Shown one piece after another: positions 1 to 12,460 of a DNA stretch of 64,000 nucleotides. Location: positions 18,177,292 through 18,241,291 of the forward strand of contig OZ316898.1 in the NCBI GenBank assembly GCA_973895155.1, written 5' to 3'. Under the pieces are notes generated by a model that was given only the letters and a program-made list of their open reading frames with translations, did not search any database and had not been told where the DNA came from. The position numbers and the translations under genes were made by a program. Origin of the DNA: Marsupella aquatica (Eukaryota > Plantae > Marchantiophyta). Positions within the stretch are counted from its first letter, which is position 1. Every line of letters starts with the position of its first letter.

Positions 1-163
1 TCAGTCCTTAATTAATGTTTTTTTAACTTGAAATGAAGTGTAACAGCAAAAAAGATTAGGCTCCACAAATAATGTTAGCATCAATTAAGGTGAAAGGGTA
101 GATACTCCACTGAAAACATTAGGCTACTTAAATAGTGTTACCAAGAACAATTACAGCCAAGAG

Positions 164-507
164 TGTTAGGTTGTGCCTCTAGTATAGTTAATTTATTTCA
201 TCATACTAATAAGATAGCAAGTGTTTGAGTTTCAGGCTCCTATAGACCATGGGAGAGGTTATACCCAAGGGGACAGAACTTTATGCTCATACTTGAAGGA
301 TCACTCCTTAGGTGTAAAGGAGTGGGGTGAAAGGAGAAACTCTAGCTCATTGGCTATGTAGGGTGCAATCAACTCATATTACTGGTTTTTTCTTGCGACT
401 GTGTACATAGCCACGACGGGGTGAATACAACCTTCAATGATGCTCTTGCTAAATGTTTATATACATGTGTTGACGCTGTCTTGTTTGACGTAGGTTACTC
501 TCCAACA
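164..507 (+). mobile_element. Solo LTR, same family as the LTR at 16360
   Basis: TGTTAGG...TCCAACA termini; flanks AAGAG/AAGGG (4/5 TSD); collinear with 16360-16712 (gcctctagtatag, gtttgagtttcagg, atagaccatgggag, tatacccaagggga, gacggggtgaa). Confidence 0.8.
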
Positions 508-1384
508 AAGGGTAGATGGTCCCTCCATACACCCGGAAAATGGGTACCAGACTGGTTGTAGCAATTCATCCAAGCACCTTGTCAAGCCTTATGGGAATTG
601 GGTTTCCTTGAAACCCACACTAGATCCGCCCCCACATTCAGAGCCTTCCCAGTTCCCACAGCCCACCTTTGGTGTGAGAAGAATTGCTTCTCTAGGAATC
701 ATCGATGGCGGAGTCCCCATAACCCAAAAGCTCCTTTCTTTCCTTGTCTTCCCTCCCTCCCTCCCTCCCTCCGTCCCTCCGTCCTTCCTCCTCGTGGGTA
801 CCTTCGCTCCACATGAATGGAAGAAAGAAATCAATTCTTCAATTGCTCTCTCTCATTGAATTCGTCTGCCAATTCTGCAATTTCTCATTTGTTCTTGAAT
901 CGGTGTCCCAGACAGAAGATGGTGATTTCTCAGCTGGACTGAGCCTGTGAGAGGTGATTCTTGGTCGATTGCATTTTTCTTTGTCCGTCTGGTGTTCTCA
1001 ATTCACAATCGTGTGAGGCAGGAAGGAAGGGAAGGGAAGGACACGAGAAGTGCCCAAGGAAGAAAGTTGAGGAAGGAGATTGGTGTGCATCTTCGCTAAT
1101 CGTCGTTTTCTTCTCGTCCTCCTCGAGCTCAAACGAACTTCTCCATTTTCGCAGTCCCATTTCTCATCTCTCCTTATGCCCAATTCCTGGTTCTTCTCCC
1201 TCTCCAGCCAGACCGCCAGCCACAGCTCAATTCATTTGTGAAGCAGCAGTTAGGGTAATGATGCTGCCGCTGGAGGAATCGCAGCAAATGTGAAGGAGGA
1301 ATTACTAGACGGGACTGGATTGTGCCCCATTCTACATCGGGTTGCTTTTCGGCATCTCTGTTGAAAAGAGGGAGGGTTTTGGGT

Positions 1385-4110
1385 ATGGCGACAGCAATTT
1401 GTGGCCATGTGCTGTCCGGCGGGGTTCAATTGCAGTCATCTGTGTCAACAGGAGGGAATTTCTACAAGCAGGTGGAAAACAAATGCTTAGGAGGAGTAGT
1501 GGCACGAAAGCAGCAGGCAAGGCTAAGAATCCTTGCAGAGGCGACAGAGACTTCGAACTCTTCTTCTGCAGCTCCTCCGTCTTCAACTGCTGCTGCTGCA
1601 GATGTAAATATGAATCCCTCTTCAACGCTTTTTGAGGCTGCAGGCAAGCGGAGCGGAAGCGCCTCGTATCCTGGTGGATTGGGCCCGCACACTGGGAGGG
1701 ATCCGACCGTGAAGAAGCCGGCATGGCTGCGGCAAAGGGCTCCGCAGGGTGAACGGTACTCTGAGATGAAGGAGAGTCTCTCCTCTCTGAAGCTGAATAC
1801 GGTGTGTGAAGAAGCGCAGTGCCCGAACGTCGGCGAGGTACATCTCAATACCCTTCTATCTCCCTCCTGTTGTTGACGCTCTGTGTTGGCAGTGGACTTG
1901 TACAACATCAATTCATTCATTCATTCACGAGTTGATGCATTCTAGTCATCCATTGACGTCCATGAATGGTTTTCCCTTAGCATTTTAGAGCTTTTTTTCA
2001 CAGAAATTGTCTGTTGAGACCCGTCAAGTTTTACCTCGGTTCATCCGTTCCTTCCTCTTTGTACCCCACAAATGGTTGTTCATGTAGAGCCCGTGATGAT
2101 ATGAAATTGTTTGCTGTACCCACAACAAGTTTGCCGTCAAAATTGTGGAGCCCTGCTCACATGAATGTTTTTGTTGTAGTAGGAGTACTCTAACATTGAT
2201 TGATGGGTTTAATTCACAAGCACATGGGTTTAATTCACAGGCACATCTAGTTTCTCATCAAAGTTATGGAGCCTTACTTGCTCACTGTCCAGTAAGATAC
2301 CGCGGTAGAAGTGATTTGTGACTAATCTTCATCTAGTAGGCTTATCTTCTAAACTTTTACTTCTTTTCTCTCATTAGTGCTGGAATGGAGGAGGTGGAGC
2401 CGGGGGAGAGAGTCATCATCACATTCCAACTGCTACCATCATGCTTCTGGGGGACACTTGCACACGTGGTTGTAGATTTTGCGCAGTAGCCACCAGCAAA
2501 AACCCAGCACCACCAGATCCAATGGAACCCGAGAACACAGCCAAGGCAATCGCCAGCTGGGGGTGAGTTTCTGGCCTTCTGCACTGGATTTCCTTGGCTG
2601 GAATTATTCAAGGGCTCAGGAGGACTTTGAATATTCGATGTCAGCATGTGATCTGGTTCATCACAGATAAAAGATTTCTCCTGTCACAACACAATAAATC
2701 TTGGAATGATGAACTCCCTTGTCTTTACGCTTATAGAATGAGAATTTCTTACTCTCGAATTCCTTTGCAGGGTTGGATACGTTGTGCTCACAAGCGTTGA
2801 CAGAGACGACATGCCAGATGGTGGAAGTGATCATTTTGCCAGGACTGTCCAGACATTGAAGGTAATCACAGCAGATAATTTGGTCTTTTTTTTGGAATCG
2901 CTTTTGTGGATATTCTTGAAGTACTATTGCATAGTGTTGCCTCGCACATGCGACGTTGGAACCATGTCACTTGAGCTGTTCTTGCTAAAGAACTAGGGTG
3001 GCTAAAGCGGATGTTGAAGGGCCTTTAGTCGAGTATCCTGTATGAATTTGTGATTCAGATGAGGTGTATCTCGAACTTGTGGTGCTGACGAAACTATTCC
3101 ACGTTTTCATTTCAGGCTCTGAGACCAGATATTTTGGTGGAGTGTTTGGTGTCTGACTTCAGAGGTGACTTGAACGCTGTAGCACACGTTGCTACTTCAG
3201 GGCTTGACGTTTTCGCCCATAACGTCGAGACAGTGAAAAGGCTTCAGCGGATTGTGAGGGATCCACGAGCTGGGTAGGTCGCCCATGGCTTTTCATGGGA
3301 CGTATGTCCTTTTGTGCATATTGTAGGAATACCTCGCTTGCTTCTGTCTGAGACGGCAAACGTCGACCTTTAGTTGTAGCTACGCTTCAGTTGGAGTACC
3401 CCATCGTACCCTCATGACAAAGGACGACTTTGTAATGACTCTCATTGCAGGTATGAGCAAAGTATGTCTGTATTGAAACATGCGAAGGGAGTGAAATCTG
3501 GCATGGTCACAAAGACATCCATAATGCTTGGCCTCGGGGAAGCAGATGAAGAGGTGAAGGAAACCATGCGCGACCTACGCAATATCGGTGTGGACATCCT
3601 CACATTTGGGCAGTACCTACAGGTGAAGAGTCTTTTCAGAGCACAGTGTAAGACATGTTTTCTTCATGCGCAATGGAGATCTTTGCCACCACTTATAGGC
3701 TGAAGCTCCTCAATCTGTCGTGGACTAACTTACTTGGTCCTGCCTGCCTACTTTGAAGCTTAGGTTAGAGTTGATGATTGGGAAGCTCACTGATGGAGAG
3801 ATATTTGTGTGCAGCCAACTCCCCTTCACTTGACGGTGAAGGAGTATGTGAGTCCTGAGAAGTTCGAATACTGGAAGCAGACGGGTGAAGAGATGGGCTT
3901 TCGCTATGTTGCAAGTGGCCCTTTGGTATATCTCTACCGTCCACTGTTCTGTCTCTTTAACTGTTGAGGCCATCCCACTAACTTCTTCTCTGATAACGCT
4001 AATCGTCTCACATTTGTGGACTACAGGTACGATCCTCCTACAGAGCAGGTGAATTTTTTGTGGAGAGCATGATCAGGGAAGAAAGGAAGAGAGCAGCAGA
4101 AGGAATCTAG
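1385..4110 (+). CDS. LIP1P: Lipoyl synthase, plastid isoform (radical SAM); exons 1385-1837, 2378-2562, 2771-2861, 3116-3273, 3451-3622, 3815-3925, 4027-4110
   Basis: KKPAWLRQ; [12 protein letters not shown] auxiliary-cluster motif; CTRGCRFC radical SAM motif; VLTSVDRDD; FAHNVETV; GQYLQPT; VRSSYRAG; Ser/Ala-rich transit-peptide-like N-terminus; all introns GT-AG and in frame. Confidence 0.95.
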
Positions 4111-4981
4111 TCTGGAGGCACTCCAGTTCTGCAAGATTGTTAACAAGGAATGATTTTTTCGCCAATTTAAATGTCCCTTACGTCCATGGGAGGTCCTCCA
4201 TGCATCCTCTTAGGCATACACACTGAATGGACCTTCAAATCTCCTGACGAGTTATTGCACTAAGAGCTGCCCTGAAGTAAAATCAACAAGATGGGCCCGT
4301 GCAGCCTTGGAAGAGAAAGGTTTGCATTATCGTTATACTTTTTTAGCACCCTCGTTTTCCTCAAATCTTCGTCATCGGGCTTTGCCACGTTGGCTGCAAA
4401 GGATAGGTCTATAAAAGGTTTCCAACTTTGCACAGAAACGGAGTTTTGACGCCTTTCGAATTATGAGTGGAGTGTGCATTTACAACGAGGATAGAGTATT
4501 TTCTGATGATTTTAGAGCAACTGAACGTCTTGAGGAATCCTCAATCCCAAGCAGTTCTTAGAAGCCACTAGTATTTAACACAAGTACTGTGGTGTCGGCA
4601 CAAGGCCTCGATGCTTTACGGGACAAAGAATTAGCGTAGAATTGGTCTCTAGATGTTTTTCTCAAAAACTGGATAAAAATCCAAACACTGTAGAAGGGTT
4701 CACTGGATCCACCCATTATCCATTTGGAGATACTTGAGTACAAATCGTCGGTGGAAGGGTCAAATCCCTGCCAAAGTAATGATTGCTAGACAAAAGATCA
4801 GTTCGTTCTCCCTCAATCAAAAGAAGCGGCTGCTCGCTTCACAAGCCACAAATTTCGTTTATCGATCTTCATAAACCTAGGATGCGGTTGCCATGGACAG
4901 GTCCTCAAGTTGTGTGGAAACCGGTGGGTTCTTCCGTGTCAGAAATCAGCCGGATGAAGGATCGTAGCAAACTAATTAATA

Positions 4982-7151
4982 TTAGTGGGTGCCCCTGGAG
5001 GTGGTACGGGTTTTTCTTCGAAGTGGCCAGCCTGCTGCAGCCTGCGTGCCAAGGAATATCACGAAAGCGATGATCCATCCAATCCCTCCCCCGGACCGGC
5101 CGACCACACGGCGAAGCCAATTAGGCCACGCTTCGCGGTGAAAGCAGAACAGAAGGAAAGCGGCGACCAGAACACCCGCACTGAATTTAATCAAATATTT
5201 CCTCACGGGAAGCTGCACATGCCAGACAATAGGACACACATCAGTGTCTTTGATATTGATTGAACTCTTGATAAATTTGCAGAGGGACATAGTGCATGTC
5301 AGATGTCCCACACCCTTGTGGCGGGCGCTTTACGAATATAATGCAGTTGTTCGGCGTTCGTCCGTATAATTCGAACAAAACGTGTTCTTAAGGACGAGCT
5401 GCCTCGTTGAAGCGAGTATAAACGTTAAACTGGATTCGAGAACTGCGCAGGGCATGCCGATCTTTCCACCCAGAGCCACAAAAGTGGTTTTCTCTATTAG
5501 TCAGTAAGTAGACTAGACGAGTTCCAACCCACAGCATGATGTCGATAAGCGAACGTCGTGAGGCATCGCCAGAACGTGATGAGACCGCCCCGTGAAGACT
5601 CACAAATAGTAGCACGTATACATGATTATTGGGAACAAAGCAAGGAATCGCCGTCTCGGCCGGCAATCAGAGTCCTGTACGCAATTGGTATTCGCATTCC
5701 TCGGCGCTACTTTCGAGCTCCTGAAGTCAACTTCTAAAGGGTTGATTGTCATGAGAGAGACGAGCAGTTCACGCTTCGTTATCGCTGTAGTATCTTCGTC
5801 GTTCTGAAATGCCTTATCCATGTGATGCAGAGAAATACCTATACATGCTCCTCCGGCCGAAAGCTTTGTCCTGTTGTAATTTACCAATTCGTATATGAAC
5901 AGCAGCTGCGTCACAACCGACTCTTCCATCTTGAGACAATCCTGGCCGACTTTTTCTCAAACTGAACGGCGTTCCCTTCAAACCTTCATTTCTTAGGGTA
6001 TCCATTAGCATTTGAATTGCAAAGCCCCCGAGATCGAATTCGCGGCCTAAACTGCAAACATTTAGTCTTTTGGTCGAAGACAGAGGAAAGGGTTCGATGT
6101 CGAATCAATAATCAACGAATTTTGGCATCACCAAATTCCCCACTCCCCCTGTTTTCTTCACTTGTTCCATCTCTCTTTGCACGACCAGGATAGCAAACAT
6201 CATCCGGTATACCTTCATCCACCCAGCCTTCAGATGTGCTTCTCCGTTCTCGAGCCATCATTGTCCTCAAGCGCCTCAATTGCTATCCATCGAATTCGCC
6301 TAGACGAGCGAGAACATTTCGTGCTCACTCAAGCCGTTACATTTCTCCTATAGGTTTACTCTCTCCCGCTCTTCTAGCATATTGTTGTCCCTGCCCATTT
6401 TATTGGGCATCACTGGACCAGAAAATTATTTCGGTCCTCCAATCATTCGCAATCTTCGAACCATATCGAGTTCCCCTGTTGCGTGCAAAGGAGGATTTCC
6501 TCCAACCATATGAAAAATGCCCTAAAAGAGAGCGAATTGACTTCCAAACCGGTCGGCAGCGATGAAACCAAGGAAGGACCAGTCCGCGGAGACCTAAAAC
6601 AAGGGTCCTATCCATTGTTCCTCCGCATGGAAGCTGATGTAGAATTTGGTTTTGTTGTCATTCTTCAGGCTCAATTGAGCATGCCACAATTTTCTTCTCC
6701 ATTCACTTAACTGATGCGGTCTGTGAAAATATGCAAAACCTAAACAATCGACAATCGGTTCCCATGATTCCCTCCCACCCGCCAAACTCGATCGAAGAAA
6801 AAATAAGATGGAGAAGAAAGGGAACAAACCTTAGGGTCTGAAATCGAGGCGGAAGATAGAATAAAATCGAGGAGAAAGGAAACAAACCTTAGGGTCTGAA
6901 TCGAGGCGGATGACGACGCCCGGCTTCCCGGAGTAGCAGACGAGCGATAAGCCATTTCTTGGATGATAGGCGAGCCGCTGGCCTCGCCCGGCAGTTATCG
7001 AGTACGCATACACGGCCTTGAGGTGGTACGTGTTCTGAATCGTCTCCAAATCGAGGCGATTAGCCTCCCAGCCCTGCAGCTTCGTCTTAAACGTGTGCCG
7101 CGGGCCCTTCCCGTTCTCGAAGAGCTCGATGTGCACCTCCGGAAGCGCCAT
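4982..7151 (-). CDS. Conserved plant protein of unknown function with two C-terminal TM segments, 164 aa; exons 7151-6888, 5212-4982
   Basis: PEVHIELFENGKGPRHTFKTKLQGWEANRLD...HPRNGLS...DSDPK resembles a recalled uncharacterised land-plant family; phase-0 GT-AG join to an exon encoding two hydrophobic helices and a basic tail. Confidence 0.8.
6790..6910 (-). repeat. 58-bp tandem duplication of the exon-1 end and 5' splice site
   Basis: ccgcctcgatt(t)cagaccctaag|gtttgtt occurs twice on the minus strand, with donors after 6888 and 6830. Confidence 0.85.
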
Positions 7152-7608
7152 AACGCAATCCCCGCGTCCCTAACAAAAAGGCAACGGCAATGGCGATGGC
7201 AACAATCTCGAAGAATCGGTAATCACCATCGCTTCCGCCTCAATCACGCCTCAATCACGCCTCAATCACCTATCCGCTTCGTCGTCGCGTCCTCGTGCTT
7301 CTTCTGAGGTCGCCGATTAAATGAAGAATTCGATACTACTTCTTCTGCTTCTGATGTTGTCGATTAGAAGCAGAATTCGGCAGCCATGTCGCCGAATCGG
7401 TAGAGTCCAATTCGTGCTCGTCGTCGTCCTTCTCCTCCTGATGTTGTTGTTTCAGATGAGACGAGAAATTCGCCATTCTCGAATTTGTGTTTTTTGGATA
7501 TCTACAAAGACACTAGTGTATTTCTTCCTATGTTGGTACTAATAGGGTCTTCCTATGTTGGTACTAAAGGCCTGTCAAAACAAGGCCATAACTCCAACGC
7601 CATAGAAC

Positions 7609-7926
7609 TTTACAGCCAGGACATAAGAAATTAGTGTGCTACTTAAATACAAGTCCCATAAGAATTTTAAGTTCTATTTTACAGCCAGGACATAAGAAAT
7701 TAGTGGGCTATTTAAATACAAGTCCCATAAGAATTTTAAGTTTAAAAAATTAACCTATAAGCCTTTGCTTATATTTTGCCACACCCTAATAGGGCAATAC
7801 TGTTTTATAACCGGGACATAAGAAATCACTGGTCATTTAAATACAAGTCCCATAAGAATTTTAGGTTTAAAAAATTGACCTAGAAGCCTTTGCTTACTCC
7901 AATAGTTTGACACACCCCAATAGGGC
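7609..7926. repeat. Three copies of an approximately 65-bp AT-rich repeat
   Basis: ggacataagaaat...taaatacaagtcccataagaatttta at about 7619, 7688 and 7814. Confidence 0.8.
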
Positions 7927-7974
7927 ATTTCAAAACTTCAAAGTTCATGGTTTTTTGCATTAAACCAATGGCTG

Positions 7975-8725
7975 TAGCTTTTCACAAGGTTGTGTAAAAG
8001 GCTTTTTTAGTTGCAGATGATGGCTTTTGGCCATAGCTTTTTCAGAAGGTTATGTGACAAGTGGCCACAGCTTTTTCACATCGTCATGTGAAAATTTAAA
8101 AGTTGCAGATTGTGTATACAAATGACCATAGCTTTTTCACAAGGTTGTAAATGGCTATAGTTGCAGATGATGGTTTTTGGCCATATACAAATGGCCCTAG
8201 CTTTTTCACAAGGTTGTGTAAAATGCTTGTTTACTTGGAGATGCTGGCTTTTAGCCATACACAAATGGCCGAAGCTTTTCACAAGGCTGTGTAAAAGGCT
8301 TCCTTAGTTACATATGATTACTTTTGGCCATATACAAATGACCATAGTTTTTTCACAAGGTTATGTAAAAGGATTTGTTAGTTGCAGATGTTGACTTTTG
8401 GCCATATACAAATGGCCATAGCTTTTCACAAACTTGTGTTCTCTACTTGGAGATGATGGTTTTTTACCATATACAAATGGCAATACTTTTTCAAAGAGTT
8501 ATGTGATACTTTGTTCGTTGCTGATTATGGCTATGGGCCACGTACAAATGGCCATAGCTTTCCACAAGGTTATGTAAAAGGCTTTTTGAGTTGCAGATGA
8601 TGGCTTTTGGTTATATGCAAATGGCCATAGCTTTTTCACATGTCTATGTAAAATACTTTTTCAGTTGCTGATGATGGCCTTGGGCCATATACAAATGGCC
8701 ATATCTTTTCACAAGGTTGTGTAAT
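7975..8725. repeat. Degenerate tandem array, unit about 74 bp, about 10 copies
   Basis: Unit tttcacaaggttgtgtaaaaggc...agttgcagatgatggcttttggccatatacaaatggccatagc repeated. Confidence 0.9.
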
Positions 8726-10676
8726 TTAAGGCATTTTTTGTTTCTCTCACTAGCCCTCTAGAGTGGCTAATTGTCATGGCATTTAACCAGTCTTTGTGGG
8801 AAAAAGTTTTCCATTATGAATTTTGTAGTCCATAACTTCTTTAGTCCCAAATCTTAACTATTAAGTTAAGGTCCATCAGACTTTGAGGTTTGAGACCCCC
8901 TAGTATGTCTCCTGTTAGGGGCTTACTATGTCACCTCTAAAACTGCAGAACCACCTTAAGTACTCATGGACTGGGGTTATATGTCCCAAGAAAATTGTTT
9001 TTCTTCTATTCTGGAAAAGAGAGTCATACGCTAGGATGGGATTCATACATCATATATTTTTATTCTAAATTCATGTCATCCTAGTCATAACACACATTTG
9101 CATAGATCCTATGTGTTTGGGATGGGGATCTTCTCCAAGCTAAGAACTCCCCCTAAGCCACGAAGTATTTTGATTTATTTCTCCAATAAGCTAGGATGGG
9201 ATTTTCCTTGACCCCTTCAATCTTGGCTGGGCTACCAAAATGCATTGTTATACTAAATCCAGAGTCATGAGCTCGGATGGGGTCTCGTTCAGAACTTTTG
9301 AACTTGGATAGTTTCTCAATATGCTCATTGTTTGGAGGTTGCAGAATTTAACTTAAAATCCATGCTGGCCTGGTCAAACTATATGTTTCCATCAATCCCA
9401 TGTGAGCTAAGGAATCCTATCTGAGCAAACTTTAAGGGATGGAAATCCCATGTGGGCTTGTAGCTTTACAAATCCATGTTACCTCAGCTTAACATAACAT
9501 GTGTCCCTTGATCCCATGCAAGCTTGGGAATCTTATTCAAGCATATGGTTTGGGACGAATATCCCATTTGAGCTAATAGCAGGGCTTTATAGCTCTGATA
9601 AAGACAGCAGGGCCCTTTTTTTCTTCTGAGCACAGGGGCCAAAGCCTAAACGAGGAGTGACACCTAAACAAGGGGGGAGCGCCTTAAAAGCTAAACCCAT
9701 GAAAGCTGCCAAGTGACAGAAATAATAGAAGCAAATATCAAGACCATTATGCCAACTGATAAAAGTTGTTTGCGAGCTATGCTATGCAATCAAACCAATC
9801 ACCAAACCCCAACGTGGAAAAGGCCCATGATTTCTACTGAGACACAAAACGCATTTCCCTAGGTCCAAAAGTTACAAACTTCTTTGTGTCAAAATGCGTG
9901 AGGCGTTATTTGGTTCTCTTCAAGGTAGGGTTAGCACTGACCGTCTTAGGATATGTTTTCTGCTGTTTAGCAAATAATTTCAGATGAGTTAAATACAGGA
10001 TTAAATAGCTACTTTGATCATTTCCCACTAGAAGCCCTGGTCAGGGCATAATTATTGTTTTTGAAAGGGTTTGTTATGTAGTCGTAAAGCCTTTCGTGAT
10101 TTTTCTCTTTGTATATTTGAGTGCATTAATTCTCCATAATGCACCCCTTTTTTGAGGAGGGGATTATACAAAACACCATAAATATAGTAAAAGAAAAAAT
10201 TAAATATAGTTTTACCAGACACAAAAAAAATTAAATTTAGTCAAGATCTCAAGATGATAACCAAATCTTATATGGTAATACTAACAAAATATCTATGAAT
10301 AGAATCTAATAAAACTAAAGAACGTATATTTTTGGCCAATTCCATAGCAACCACTTCTTGGATGACCCTTTAATTTGAATTTTCTATTTCAGGGATTCAC
10401 TTTTTCTTGTTTGTTACCGAAAAGTCACTCAAATTTTTACATACATTAATGTCCTAGTTACGGGCATTATGAAAATAATGCCCTCAAAACTGGGGCTACT
10501 GCTCTCGTTTTTCAGGGCATTATATCCCACAATGCCCTCTAACCAGGACATTATCCTATTCTTTTGGATGAGTTTTGACAGCCCTTTTTCTGGAGAAGGG
10601 GAATGACTTCTTTCATTTGTATTTGTCCTCACATATTTATAAGCAAAAGAAATTGGATTTGGTAGATTTAAGAGTT

Positions 10677-11410
10677 ACTAAGATTGATGGCATTGCCACT
10701 CGTTTTGGTTGAATTGTATAGTTTGCCAATCTTGTTAGTTTGATTACCAGGTTGCCACCATTTTCCACCACTGCTTAAGCAAAGTAACTCTGGTTAGTTT
10801 GGGGTGATCTAATGCTCAACATCATGCCAATTTTCATTACTAGGGAGTCATTTACCAACACTTATAGGGAAATTCAAAATATGTCAGTACTTAGGGGTAA
10901 AAGAAGGGATTAAACATCTTTTTTTTAATCCTCTGAAAAATAAGTCATTAACATTCCTGGAATATTTTCTCTATAAAATGAGGATATTTTTTAATAAGCT
11001 AGAATTGCATGCAGTATCCCAAAATATACACCATGTTAACCCCCCAAGCTTCATCCTCAACCTAACCTCATACCTCGCCTCATACCCTCGTCCAACATTG
11101 ACTAGGGGGGACGGGGAGTGGGCCAGCCAACCAAGAAGGGCGGAGCTGGTTGGGGTGTGAGCAAAGTAAGAGATTCAACCTAATGTAGAGGTTGGAAATT
11201 AAGGGTGTTGTGGTAAGGGGTTAGGACACAGATGACCCTGTGATGGTGAAACTTGACTGGATTTTGACCATTGGATTGTTGCAAGCTAGCTAAAGTTACT
11301 TAGTTTGCTTAACCAACAGTGGAGAAAGATGGCAAAGAAAGAATTAAACAAAAAAGAGGAGTAAGGTATGAAACTGAAAGAAAAAGAGTGACAATGCAAT
11401 AAATCTCAGT
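10677..11410. mobile_element. Degenerate Mutator-like MITE
   Basis: Imperfect long TIRs (actaagatt...gcattgccactc / gagtgacaatgc...aatctcagt); 9-bp TSD ttaagagtt/tttagagtt (8/9). Confidence 0.6.
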
Positions 11411-12039
11411 TTTAGAGTTATGTATACAAAATCAGGGGCAGCCATAGATTGTGTTGGAAGTGAATGAGTCGGGTTCTAAAAGGTGTATGTATTATGGTAT
11501 TATTTTATTTTATATTCAATCAATTCTAGAAAACGACAGGGGTATGATTGAGATATTGTGAATAAAGGCTGTTTGGAAAAAGTGCCCAAAAGCTTTTCTG
11601 AGGGAGATCTAATCCTTTTTAATTTCAAATTCCTCAAGTCCAAGACCTTTGGGTGTGATTGCGATATGTGAAAAAAAATGATTTGAAAAAAGTGCCAAAA
11701 AGCTTTTGGAAGGATAAACTTCCACCAAAATTTACAAATCAGGAAAACACAAAGTACAATGAAAAGAAAGAAAAAGAGGTCCAAAGAGGACAAACACCAA
11801 ACAAGGAAAAAGAAAAACAAATGCAACCCTAAAAAGAGGAAGAAGAGAAAGGGAAATATGTTAAATACTACATGAGTGTGAACTCAATGATTAGTGTTTA
11901 CATTGGAAAATGTGACAAGAGCTAATGGTCCACATCAAATGTACTAACTAAATAAGCAAGTGGGACATGACTGCTCATAGGGGGCAAGTATATGCAGAGG
12001 CATAGTAGCGCCCACTATGAGGGATCAATGATGAATTAC

Positions 12040-12460
12040 TCAATCTTGGGCATGCTGTAAGGCCAATGAAATGCGCTGACAAAAGTGTGTGGTCAGATGG
12101 ATAGTAGGGATCCACATACACTCAATATCAAGGGGGAGGAAGGTATCCGATGAAGCTCGAGCGGAATATTTTGCCTCTTTTGTTGTGGCCGCTCGGGATG
12201 TTTCTGCCCCTGCCGTTGTCGCCGCTATCTCAATGAGGTCCTGGCACAAAGGCTAGGTTGCTACCACAACATCTGCCAAAATACACCGACCATCACAGAC
12301 CATGGTCAGATCAACCCGTGATGTCTGTCGTGGAGGACCAGGTAGCTTGAGCACTACCTCCCACTTCACTTGTACCAAAGACCCAAAATGAACCTGAGCA
12401 GTAACATCTCTCATAACATCACGAACCACTATGGTTTCGCCTCCCACACTACACCAAAGA
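12040..12460 (-). mobile_element. Remnant of the restriction-like endonuclease domain of a CRE-like non-LTR retrotransposon
   Basis: Two in-frame ORF pieces split by one stop: VRDV...RVDL...ILADVVV...AATTKEAKY...FLPLDIE...QRISLALQ, following the RLE C-terminal motif order. Confidence 0.6.

Noticed and set aside
1258-1293. 11-aa uORF in the LIP1P leader
   Set aside because: Overlaps a possible splice donor and the TSS is unknown; cannot be supported.
7511-7570. CACTA transposon terminus (CACTAGTG plus short repeats)
   Set aside because: No matching opposite end with a 3-bp TSD was found.
7975-8725. CRISPR-like array with palindromic repeats
   Set aside because: Whole units are homologous, with no unique spacers and no cas genes; eukaryotic satellite.
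9620-10000. Possible L1 LINE 3' fragment
   Set aside because: Too decayed to read a diagnostic motif.
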